DNA of 64,000 nucleotides from an uncultured Alphaproteobacteria bacterium (lineage in GTDB: Bacteria; Pseudomonadota; Alphaproteobacteria; Micropepsales; Micropepsaceae), in assembly GCA_963707975.1 (NCBI GenBank), contig OY970177.1:871484-935483 (forward strand), in the 5' to 3' direction. Made by a program: the position numbers and the translations under genes. Positions 51,066-58,367 of the stretch are shown here, one piece after another; the first letter of the stretch is position 1; each line of letters begins with the position of its first letter. The notes beneath the pieces were generated by a model that did not search any database, was not told the DNA's origin, and saw only the letters and a program-made list of their open reading frames with translations.

Positions 51066-52043
51066 ATGCCCACGGTGCCTGAGGCAGTCCGCCCGGTCAC
51101 GCTCGCGGAAATTAAGGAAGCGCGGGCGCGCATTGCCGGCACCATCGTGCGCACGCCGCTGGTCAAGCTTCAGCTTGGACTTGGCTTTCCCGACATAAGG
51201 TTGAAGCTGGAAAATTTACAGCCGATCAACGCCTATAAGCTGCGCGGCGCGGCCAACGCGGTCGCCATGCTTCCCGAAGCCGAACGCAAACGCGGCGTGT
51301 GGACAATCAGCGCGGGTAATGCGGGGCAGGGCGTGGCTTTTGCTGCGCGCGCTGCGGGCGTGCCGAGCACCGTCGTGGTGGTCGAGACCGCGCCCACATC
51401 GAAAATGGAACGCATGAAGGCGCTTGGCGCCAAACTTATTCCGGTGCCATACGATGTGGCGTGGAAGGCGATGGAGGAACGCGCTTTTCCGGGCGTCGAA
51501 GGCGTCTTCGTGCATCCATTCGACGATCACAATTTCATTGCCGGCCACGCGACCATGGGGCTGGAGATTCTCGAAGACGCGCCCGACACGGCGGCCGTTA
51601 TTTGCGGCATTGGCGGTGGCGGACTGATCTCGGGCGTGGGCAGCGCCATCAAGGCGCTAAGGCCAGAAATAAAAATCTGGGGCGCGGAGCCCGAAACGGC
51701 GGCGCCCGCAGCTCTCTCGCACAAAATGGGCTCGCCGCAGGTTTTCAAGGAGTGGAAAGCATCGTTCGTAGATGGCGCCGGCGGCCAGAGCATGTTCCCG
51801 CGCATGTGGGCCCGCATGAAACCGCTGGTCGATGGCTATATCGTCGTCACGCTTGAGGAAACCAAGAACGCCATGCGCCTCATGGCGGAAAAGGCGCGGA
51901 TTATTTCCGAAGGCGCGGGCGCGCTCCCGCTCGCGGCCGCGCTCACAGGAAAGGCGGGTCAGGGCCCCATCGTCGCCATCGTCTCCGGCGGCAATATTGA
52001 TCTGAAAAAATTCTTCGAGCTGATCGGCGTCACAACTAACTGA
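51066..52043 (+). CDS. PLP-dependent threonine/serine dehydratase family enzyme
   Basis: PLP-lysine context LQPINAYKLRGA and glycine loop CGIGGGGLISG. 325 aa with no regulatory ACT domains. Confidence 0.82.
   Translation: MPTVPEAVRPVTLAEIKEARARIAGTIVRTPLVKLQLGLGFPDIRLKLENLQPINAYKLRGAANAVAMLPEAERKRGVWTISAGNAGQGVAFAARAAGVPSTVVVVETAPTSKMERMKALGAKLIPVPYDVAWKAMEERAFPGVEGVFVHPFDDHNFIAGHATMGLEILEDAPDTAAVICGIGGGGLISGVGSAIKALRPEIKIWGAEPETAAPAALSHKMGSPQVFKEWKASFVDGAGGQSMFPRMWARMKPLVDGYIVVTLEETKNAMRLMAEKARIISEGAGALPLAAALTGKAGQGPIVAIVSGGNIDLKKFFELIGVTTN
51919..52029 (+). repeat. Direct repeat copy 1 (3' end of the dehydratase gene)
   Basis: It matches 54919-55029 with 6 mismatches by my hand alignment, at an offset of exactly 3000 bp. 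Confidence 0.85.
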
Positions 52044-52055
52044 TTCGCAGTCCCG

Positions 52056-52607
52056 TTATCCGATGACGCGGCTAACGAAATAGAACGCGTAAAGTGCGAT
52101 CCATCCCAGCGCCCAGAAGCTATACATCCAGTTCGGTTTTTGAATCCTTGAAAGCGCTCCCCGCCCGATTGCGGCCAGCGCCATGGTCAGCAAAAATCTG
52201 GGCAAGCGCGCAGCCACAGATACCACCGCAAAGAAAAATAGATTGATACCGCGCGCGCCGGCTTCAACGGCGTAAAGTTTGTACGCAAGCCCCGTCACCG
52301 CACCCGTGAAAAGATGAAGCGCCCAGTTGCTTGCCATTTCGTCATGCGCGCGGGCAAGCAGATCGGGCCCGATGGCTGGCACCATAAGCATGATGTGGCG
52401 TGCCGCCGCCGCATCATTATTGCCCCACAGCCACATGGCAAGGCCAGCAAGAGCCGCAGAACCCGCAGCAACGAACGCGAGAGGCAGCGCCCGCCGGAAG
52501 CCGAAGCGGATAACTGCCGCCGTCAGAAGCACATCAGGCACAATGAAGAAGAAGCTGGCTTCGGCCGCTCCCCAGAAGGCGGCTGCGAATATCCAGATTA
52601 ATCCCAT
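52056..52607 (-). CDS. YqaA/VTT(DedA-like)-type membrane protein
   Basis: N-terminus WGAAEASFFFIVPDVLLTAAV resembles the YqaA/SNARE-associated motif. 4-5 TM segments. Its start overlaps the stop of the acyltransferase gene. Confidence 0.55.
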   Translation of the reverse strand: MGLIWIFAAAFWGAAEASFFFIVPDVLLTAAVIRFGFRRALPLAFVAAGSAALAGLAMWLWGNNDAAAARHIMLMVPAIGPDLLARAHDEMASNWALHLFTGAVTGLAYKLYAVEAGARGINLFFFAVVSVAARLPRFLLTMALAAIGRGALSRIQKPNWMYSFWALGWIALYAFYFVSRVIG

Positions 52608-53239
52608 GGCGACATGTGAATTTGCGACGCCAGCGCGGCCATGCGCGATTGCAGCAGCTCCATGAAGGCGTCGATGCTGCCATTCCAGAATATTTTTTCG
52701 CCGGCCACAATGTCGCAATTGAACGGCACCAGCAGCATAGCGTCCTTGGGCAGCGCCTTGCCCAACCCGTACATGTAAAGCGGATGCACCGGCGTTTGCG
52801 GCCGCGCGCGGACGAGATGGGCCACGCCGCGCTTGAACTGGGCGAGTTGTTCGGGCTCGCCGCGCGAACCTTCGGGAAATAGGATAAGGATGTCACCGCG
52901 ATCGAGCGCCTGCTTACAGCCGGCAAGCGGGCTCACGTCCTTGTCGCGGCCACCGCGTGCAATTGGAATTATGCCGATGATGTTGGTGGCGAACCATGCC
53001 TTAAGCTTCGTGCGCATGAAATAATCCATGGCGGCAACGGGCCTAAGGCGCGGCAAATAGCGCAACGGATACATCGCCATAATCGTCAGCGTGTCGAGAT
53101 GCGAGTTGTGATTGGCGGCGATAATGGCGGGGCCCGTCTTGGGAAGGTATTCACGCCCGCGCACATTGGCTCCCAACATGATCGTCAGGACAGGTCTGAC
53201 GATCAACAAGAAGAACGCCGCGCGCAAAATCGCGTTCAT
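52598..53239 (-). CDS. Lysophospholipid (1-acyl-glycerol-3-phosphate-type) acyltransferase, PlsC family
   Basis: HX4D motif (ANHNSHLDT) and FPEGSRG block. 213 aa. Overlaps both neighbours. Confidence 0.85.
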   Translation of the reverse strand: MNAILRAAFFLLIVRPVLTIMLGANVRGREYLPKTGPAIIAANHNSHLDTLTIMAMYPLRYLPRLRPVAAMDYFMRTKLKAWFATNIIGIIPIARGGRDKDVSPLAGCKQALDRGDILILFPEGSRGEPEQLAQFKRGVAHLVRARPQTPVHPLYMYGLGKALPKDAMLLVPFNCDIVAGEKIFWNGSIDAFMELLQSRMAALASQIHMSPWD

Positions 53240-54189
53240 CGCGCGAGCGGGCTCCAGAAAAAGAAATTCAGGAAATGGAAAAACACCGGCGCCGAATAAA
53301 TCAGGCTATCCACGCGGTCGAGAATTCCGCCATGGCCAGGGATGAGTTGGCTCGCGTCCTTTACGCCAACGTCGCGCTTGAAGGCGGATATGGTGACGTC
53401 GCCCAGAAAACCGGACACGGCGATCAAAATGCCGGCGGCTACCGACCACGCCACAGGCATCGGCGTGAGGTAAGGCCCAACGAGCGCCGCCACGCAGCCG
53501 GTCGTCGCCAGCCCGCCCAGAAATCCTTCCCAGGTTTTCTTGGGGCTGACACTGGGAAGGATAGCGTGGTGGCCGAACAATTTGCCCCAGGTGAATTGCG
53601 CTACGTCATTAAACTGTGTCAGCGCCACAAGAAAAAGCAGCGCGCCCGCGCCATAGCCATGCACCACGCCATAAGACAGTAACAACGCCGTGTGGCTGAG
53701 CGAAAACACCGTGATCATCAGGCCCCAGCTGAGGAGCCCGACCGCTTTAAGAAATCCTTCTGTGTGGCCGCCCAGCGTGATGCGCGCCGGCAGGAACAGG
53801 AACATCCAGACCGGAATGAAAGTCATGAACAGGCCGAAGCGGCCGATATGCGCGAAGTAGAACTGCACCGGAATGGCAAGATAGGCCCAAAGAAGAACAC
53901 CGCGATCTACGCGGCGTGTCGGAATTAGCGACAAATATTCCTTTAGCGCGAGAAACGAAATCAATCCAAGAAAAATGCTCGAGACTACCCGGTTGGTTAA
54001 AATGGCGATGGTGAAGACGGTAATCATCCACCACCAGGAAACCGCGCGCTGCGAAAGCTCCCGTGTCGCTTCGCCAGGCGACATTTTTCGCAATGTCCAG
54101 GTGATGGCGCTGGCCAGGATCAGCACGCCATAAATCACGGCGATGGCGATATGAACCGGCGAGGAGAAAAACACCGTGATATTTGTCAC
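53236..54189 (-). CDS. Phosphatidate cytidylyltransferase family protein (CdsA paralog type)
   Basis: C-terminal signature SAFKRDVGVKDASQLIPGHGGILDRVDSL. Multi-TM. Confidence 0.88.
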   Translation of the reverse strand: MTNITVFFSSPVHIAIAVIYGVLILASAITWTLRKMSPGEATRELSQRAVSWWWMITVFTIAILTNRVVSSIFLGLISFLALKEYLSLIPTRRVDRGVLLWAYLAIPVQFYFAHIGRFGLFMTFIPVWMFLFLPARITLGGHTEGFLKAVGLLSWGLMITVFSLSHTALLLSYGVVHGYGAGALLFLVALTQFNDVAQFTWGKLFGHHAILPSVSPKKTWEGFLGGLATTGCVAALVGPYLTPMPVAWSVAAGILIAVSGFLGDVTISAFKRDVGVKDASQLIPGHGGILDRVDSLIYSAPVFFHFLNFFFWSPLAR

Positions 54190-54794
54190 GGCCCATCACC
54201 TGCAAGTGCTGCCCGCGTCCGCCTGATGATCGTGAACGCGCCTGCGCCAGCGGCAAGCGCAAGGGCGATGTTTGTCCAAAGCCCCGGCGCAATGCCGGCC
54301 CCTAATGCCAGCGCTAATGCGCCAAAAAATAATGCGCGGTCGCTTTTGCCGAACGGCCCGTCATAGCGGCGCGCGGCGCCGATTTGCACCGCAACCACGC
54401 CCGCCATTTCCGTCATCACCGCGATGGCGACGACCAAGCCAACAAGAATTGCGGACATGCCTGGAATGACGGCGAAGGGCAGATAAAGCGCAACGTCGGA
54501 TACTACATCGCCAAGTTCATTCAGTACCGCGCCCAGCCCGCTCTTCTGTCCGAACTCGCGCGCCAGCATGCCGTCGATGGCGTTGAGCGCCATGCGCAAG
54601 AACAGAAACGGCGGCACAAGCAACAATGTCCAGTGCGCGGCGCCGGTGAGAAAAATAGCCCAGCCCAATACAACGCTGAGTGCGGCCGCGGCAATGGTGA
54701 CCTGGTTTGCCGTTACATCGGCGGCCGCAAGCGCGCGGGCCAGCGGACGCAGGAGGTTCTGGAATTTCGGCTTGAGGTCATAAATACTGACCAA
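54186..54794 (-). CDS. CDP-alcohol phosphatidyltransferase family protein
   Basis: Signature DGxxARx8Gx3Dx3D is present as AIDGMLAREFGQKSGLGAVLNELGDVVSD. 202 aa. First gene of the 4-gene operon. Confidence 0.88.
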   Translation of the reverse strand: MVSIYDLKPKFQNLLRPLARALAAADVTANQVTIAAAALSVVLGWAIFLTGAAHWTLLLVPPFLFLRMALNAIDGMLAREFGQKSGLGAVLNELGDVVSDVALYLPFAVIPGMSAILVGLVVAIAVMTEMAGVVAVQIGAARRYDGPFGKSDRALFFGALALALGAGIAPGLWTNIALALAAGAGAFTIIRRTRAALAGDGP

Positions 54795-54918
54795 GCAGGA
54801 TTCCTTCTGAAAGCTGCGCTCATTATCAGGATTTGCGCTTCCCGGCCATTACCTGCGCCACCAGCGCCAATTAACGGCTCGCGCCTTGGGTGACGGGCAT
54901 GACGCCAAATGCCTTGGC

Positions 54919-55033
54919 GCGCGCTCCCGCTCGCGGCCGCACTCACAGGAAAGGCGGGTCAGGGCCCCATCGTCGCCATCGTCTCCGGCGGCTATATTGA
55001 TCTAAAAAAATTCTTCGAGTTGATTGGGGCTTA
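54919..55033 (+). pseudogene. Orphan 3' fragment of a threonine-dehydratase gene (direct repeat copy 2)
   Basis: It encodes ...ALPLAAALTGKAGQGPIVAIVSGGYIDLKKFFELIGA* in the same frame as copy 1, but has no upstream gene body. Confidence 0.8.
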
Positions 55034-55182
55034 GAGGCCCCTGCTTCTATCCACGCGTGCGCTGGCGCTAACGCGGCCAATACCAAGGCTTTGAGGTTCC
55101 CGTGTGCAAGCTTATCCAGCAGCAAGGGCGCAGCCTTATAATCCGCGCATGAGTCGTAATGGCGATAGAGAGAACTATGCGC

Positions 55183-55221
55183 GAAAAACAAGAAGGGAGG
55201 GCCGTCCAACCCTCCCTTCTT
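55183..55221 (-). terminator. Rho-independent terminator of the hfa-like operon
   Basis: Perfect 12-bp stem AAGAAGGGAGGG / CCCTCCCTTCTT with an 8-nt loop. On the minus strand it is followed by GTTTTTCGC. It lies ~60 nt after the HfaD-like stop. Confidence 0.7.
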
Positions 55222-55278
55222 CCCCGAGGAGGGCCCGCGAAAGCTAGGGGGTTTTCGCGTTCGCCCCGCCCCTCACGC

Positions 55279-55944
55279 CTAATTGCCGGTGGTGTACTGA
55301 ACGATCTGCGCCGAATTGCCGACAGCGGTCGCTGTGCTGGAAACGCCGCTCGCCACATTGCCGACGGAGGCGTTGACGGTGGCGTACATGCCGCTCTGGT
55401 TTTCCTGGTAATTGTTCACCGGAAAATTGGCCGCGTTCGAATCGATGCCGATCTGGTTGCCAAAGGCGGAAGCGGCGATGGTGGCATAGCCGTTGATGTT
55501 GTGGACATTGGCGTTGACGTCGGCCGACGGGTCGGAGGCCGCGCAGATCTGCTTGCTCGAAACCGCGGTCACGTTCGGGTCGGTCGAAATGTCGGCCGCG
55601 TTGCACACCGTGGTGGAGGTCAGCGCCACGTCGCCATTGACGCCGCTGACATTGGCGTCGAGCCGGCTGCCGATGGCGCCTTTGGTGACCTGGCTATTGC
55701 TCACCTGGCTGTTGGTCATGGTGAGAATCTGCACCGTGTTGCCGACGGCGGTGACGCCCTCGGAGACGCTACCGTCCACCGTCGCCACGTCGATTTTCAT
55801 CTGCGACCAGACATTGCCGAGATTAACCTGGCCGTTGACGACCTCGGCGCCGGAATCGCTACTCGATGCCCCCGCGAAGGCCGGAATTATTGGCAGCGCC
55901 ATCAGCGCTGTACCCGCTATAAGGATTCTGGCGAGTCTCCGCAT
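55279..55944 (-). CDS. Secreted curlin-repeat-like protein (HfaD-like holdfast anchor component)
   Basis: Signal peptide MRRLARILIAGTALMALPIIPAFAGA. Asn/Gln/Gly/Ser-rich with repeated A-x-G-N-x-x-Q-I motifs (AVGNTVQI, AFGNQIGI, AVGNSAQIVQ). SD AGGAGA precedes ATG 55944. Confidence 0.55.
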   Translation of the reverse strand: MRRLARILIAGTALMALPIIPAFAGASSSDSGAEVVNGQVNLGNVWSQMKIDVATVDGSVSEGVTAVGNTVQILTMTNSQVSNSQVTKGAIGSRLDANVSGVNGDVALTSTTVCNAADISTDPNVTAVSSKQICAASDPSADVNANVHNINGYATIAASAFGNQIGIDSNAANFPVNNYQENQSGMYATVNASVGNVASGVSSTATAVGNSAQIVQYTTGN

Positions 55945-56894
55945 TGTTCTTCTCCTCATGTAGATTGTTGGGCGCCTGGGCCGGCGTTTGCGGTTCTGCG
56001 TTGTACTGATAGGCGAGTGGCTGCGCATCGTCGCTGCCTGCCAGCGGATCATTGCCGCTGCGGCAGACTTGCGGGCCAACGTGATAAAGCCGCGACATCA
56101 TCTCCAGCACGGCGCGCTCGATCACCGCGCGCACCGCGAGCTGGATGGGCTCAAGCGCGGAATCGCCCCCACCGATGTCGAAGATGTGCGTGCCGAACAT
56201 GTTGAACACGCCGGCCTGCAGCTCGCGGCCGACGATCTGCTTCTGGTAGGAGATCACGTCCACCACCGCGAGCGTCTTGGTGTCCACCAGCCTGAGATCG
56301 AGGCCGACATTCATCACATAGGTCTTGGCGTCGGCGTTGGCGGCGGCCTTGGCATTGGAATCCGCCGCAATAGGCATCGTCGCCGGTCGAGCGGATGTTG
56401 TAGTTGAGCTCGGTGATGCCGCCGACCAGATAATAATCGGAGCCCTCGATCGAGCCCGCGAAGATTTTGCGGTAGCCGTCGCTCGGCTGGGTGTCGCCGA
56501 TCAGTTTGTTGTTGGCGTATTTTAGCTCAAGCTCGGCCACGCTCGTGTCGTAACGCTCGACCAGATGCACGCCCGCCTTGGCCAGCGCCGATATCGCCAT
56601 CAGGGCCGCGCCTTGCGTCATCTTGCGCCCGCCGCCGTCGGCTTCCATCTTGCCGGTGTAATCGGCGATCTGGCCCACCGCGATACGCGGCGCGGCCTTG
56701 CCGGAATTGTAAGAGCCGATGCACATCAGCGAACGCGAATACGGCGTCTCGTTGCTTATCACCGGCGCATCGCCGAGCGGCGTGGCATAGCGGCCGTCGG
56801 AACCGGCCGACGTGCTGATGCAGCCTCCAAGCGACAGCGCCGCGAGGCTCATCACGAACGGCTTGGCGAGAAAATGGCTGGCGCGGGCGATCAT
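55859..56894 (-). pseudogene. CsgG-family lipoprotein (HfaB-like secretion component) with a frameshift near 56372
   Basis: Lipobox LSLGGC, then ...RIAVGQIADYTGK...GAALMAISALAKAG...YYLVGGITELNYNIRSTGDDA in one frame. It continues IAADSNAKAAANADAKTYVMNVGLDLRLVDTKTLAVVDVISYQKQIVGRELQAGVFNMF in the +1 frame (ORF 55859-56377). Confidence 0.7.
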
Positions 56895-56905
56895 CTGGAT
56901 ATCCG

Positions 56906-57358
56906 TCAGAAGTGCAGATTGCCGTTGAGCGTCGCGGTCTGGTTGCCCTTGTTGACCTGCGTGGAATTGACGATCACGGTGTTCCACGAGCCGTCGACGG
57001 TGACGTTGAGCGCGTTGCCGATTGCGGTGGCCGAGCCGCCCGCCGTGGCCGTGCCGGCATTGACGCCGAATTGCGTGCCGTAGAGCTGGCTGAATTGGGG
57101 ATCGTTGTCTGTGACGGGATAGGCCACGCCCTGTTCGACGCCATTGATAAACACACGGTTGCCATTGGCATCGCGCGTCGAACCGGAGACGGCGGCGTTT
57201 TCTTCGCCGGGCGCAATGCCGTAACCCATGCCGGAACTGAAATCTTGGCCCATATCGCCGCCTGCGGCGGCGTTGCCCGCGAAAAGCAGGCTCGCCAAGC
57301 CGATAACTCCGGCAATCGCGCGAAGTACAGTGGGGTTATGACGCATGGGCCGATCCAT
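56906..57358 (-). CDS. Small secreted curlin-like protein (HfaA-like)
   Basis: Signal peptide; C-terminal ATAIGNALNVTVDGSWNTVIVNSTQVNKGNQTATLNG curlin-like unit. First gene ahead of the CsgG-like gene. SD GAGG lies 6 nt upstream of ATG 57358. Confidence 0.55.
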   Translation of the reverse strand: MDRPMRHNPTVLRAIAGVIGLASLLFAGNAAAGGDMGQDFSSGMGYGIAPGEENAAVSGSTRDANGNRVFINGVEQGVAYPVTDNDPQFSQLYGTQFGVNAGTATAGGSATAIGNALNVTVDGSWNTVIVNSTQVNKGNQTATLNGNLHF

Positions 57359-57388
57359 AGTTTGCCTCGGCCTGTCATCAGCAACCCC

Positions 57389-57432
57389 TATGCCAGTGGC
57401 TAACGCCAATTATGCCAGTGGCTGACGCCAAT
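57389..57432. repeat. 22-bp tandem direct repeat in the hfaA-like leader/promoter
   Basis: TATGCCAGTGGCTAACGCCAAT followed directly by TATGCCAGTGGCTGACGCCAAT (1 mismatch), 31-74 nt upstream of the HfaA-like ATG. Confidence 0.85.
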
Positions 57433-57577
57433 TAACCTGCGCTTTTGTGCCATTGCGGGACGCGGGCGCTGCGCCTCGGCCCAAAACGGGCAGGATTACG
57501 AGGTGCTCGAAGCGGGGCTAAAGCCGCGCTAGAGTGCCCAAGATCAGTCACGAACGGCGGGGGCCGGAGCGTACGTC

Positions 57578-58309
57578 ATGGCGTTTTTTCAGGACACGCG
57601 GCCCGCGCGCGAGCCTTTCCTTAATGCGCCGGCAAGCGTGCTCTTGCTTATTGGTTTTCTGCTTGCCGTCCATGCCGCGCGCGTGCTGGTGCCGGATGCA
57701 ATCGGTAACGAAATACTAACCACCTATGCCTTTGTTCCGGCGCGTTATTCTTCGGCGGTCCTGGCCGCGCACGGATTGGCGCAGCCCAGCCTGTTCGAAC
57801 AGGCCATTACTTTTGTCAGCTATATCTTCCTGCACGCCAACTTCACCCATGTGGCCATCAACAGCCTTTGGTTGCTCGCTTTTGGCCCGTCTGTAGCGCG
57901 CCGGCTGGGCACACCGCTATTCCTCATCTTCTTCCTCATCTGCGGGGTTGCCGCGGCTGCCGCCCATCTTGCCGCCAATTGGGGCGCGCTTATTCCTGTG
58001 ATCGGCGCATCGGGTTCGGTGTCAGGCCTTATGGGCGCGGGCATCCGGATCCTTTATCGCGACCGCAATCTCGTTTTCGGCGAGCGGCCCAAGCTTGCCT
58101 CCATCTTCGCGGGCCCCGTGCTGTTTTTCTCGGGCGTGTGGGTTTTCGTAAATATCGCGGCAGGCCTGACCGGCCTTGGCACGACAAATACTATGGAGTT
58201 GGTCGCCTGGGAGGCGCATTTGGGCGGCTATTTCACTGGTCTTTTGTTAATCGGTGGGTTCGATAGGTTGAGAAATGATCGCAACCAGCCTGCTCAGCTT
58301 GAACAGTAA
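57578..58309 (+). CDS. Rhomboid family intramembrane serine protease (second copy)
   Basis: Catalytic GASGSVSG and downstream AHLGGY, plus LHANFTHVAINSLWLLAFG. Divergent from the hfa-like operon. Confidence 0.85.
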   Translation: MAFFQDTRPAREPFLNAPASVLLLIGFLLAVHAARVLVPDAIGNEILTTYAFVPARYSSAVLAAHGLAQPSLFEQAITFVSYIFLHANFTHVAINSLWLLAFGPSVARRLGTPLFLIFFLICGVAAAAAHLAANWGALIPVIGASGSVSGLMGAGIRILYRDRNLVFGERPKLASIFAGPVLFFSGVWVFVNIAAGLTGLGTTNTMELVAWEAHLGGYFTGLLLIGGFDRLRNDRNQPAQLEQ

Positions 58310-58367
58310 ACCTATTGCGCTTACATCAAGTGCGCCCTCGAAGCCCGAACGGCAAGGAGTTCACTTT

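Noticed and set aside
52598-53239. The PlsC-family acyltransferase considered as OlsA, the partner of the OlsB-like gene at 18203-19024 for ornithine lipid synthesis.
   Set aside because: It is translationally coupled to CdsA-like and CDP-alcohol transferase genes 34 kb away from the olsB-like gene. This context points to a glycerophospholipid route, so OlsA identity cannot be supported from the sequence.
51919-55029. The exactly 3000-bp-spaced duplication considered as an assembly or scaffolding artefact.
   Set aside because: The copies differ at 6 positions with a synonymous bias, and they diverge differently at both ends. A collapsed or duplicated assembly artefact would not produce this. 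It still needs read-level confirmation.
57359-57577. CtrA box (TTAA-N7-TTAAC) in the hfa-like promoter.
   Set aside because: TTAAC/TTAAT pentamers occur near the 22-bp repeats, but none has a partner at the required 7-nt spacing on either strand.
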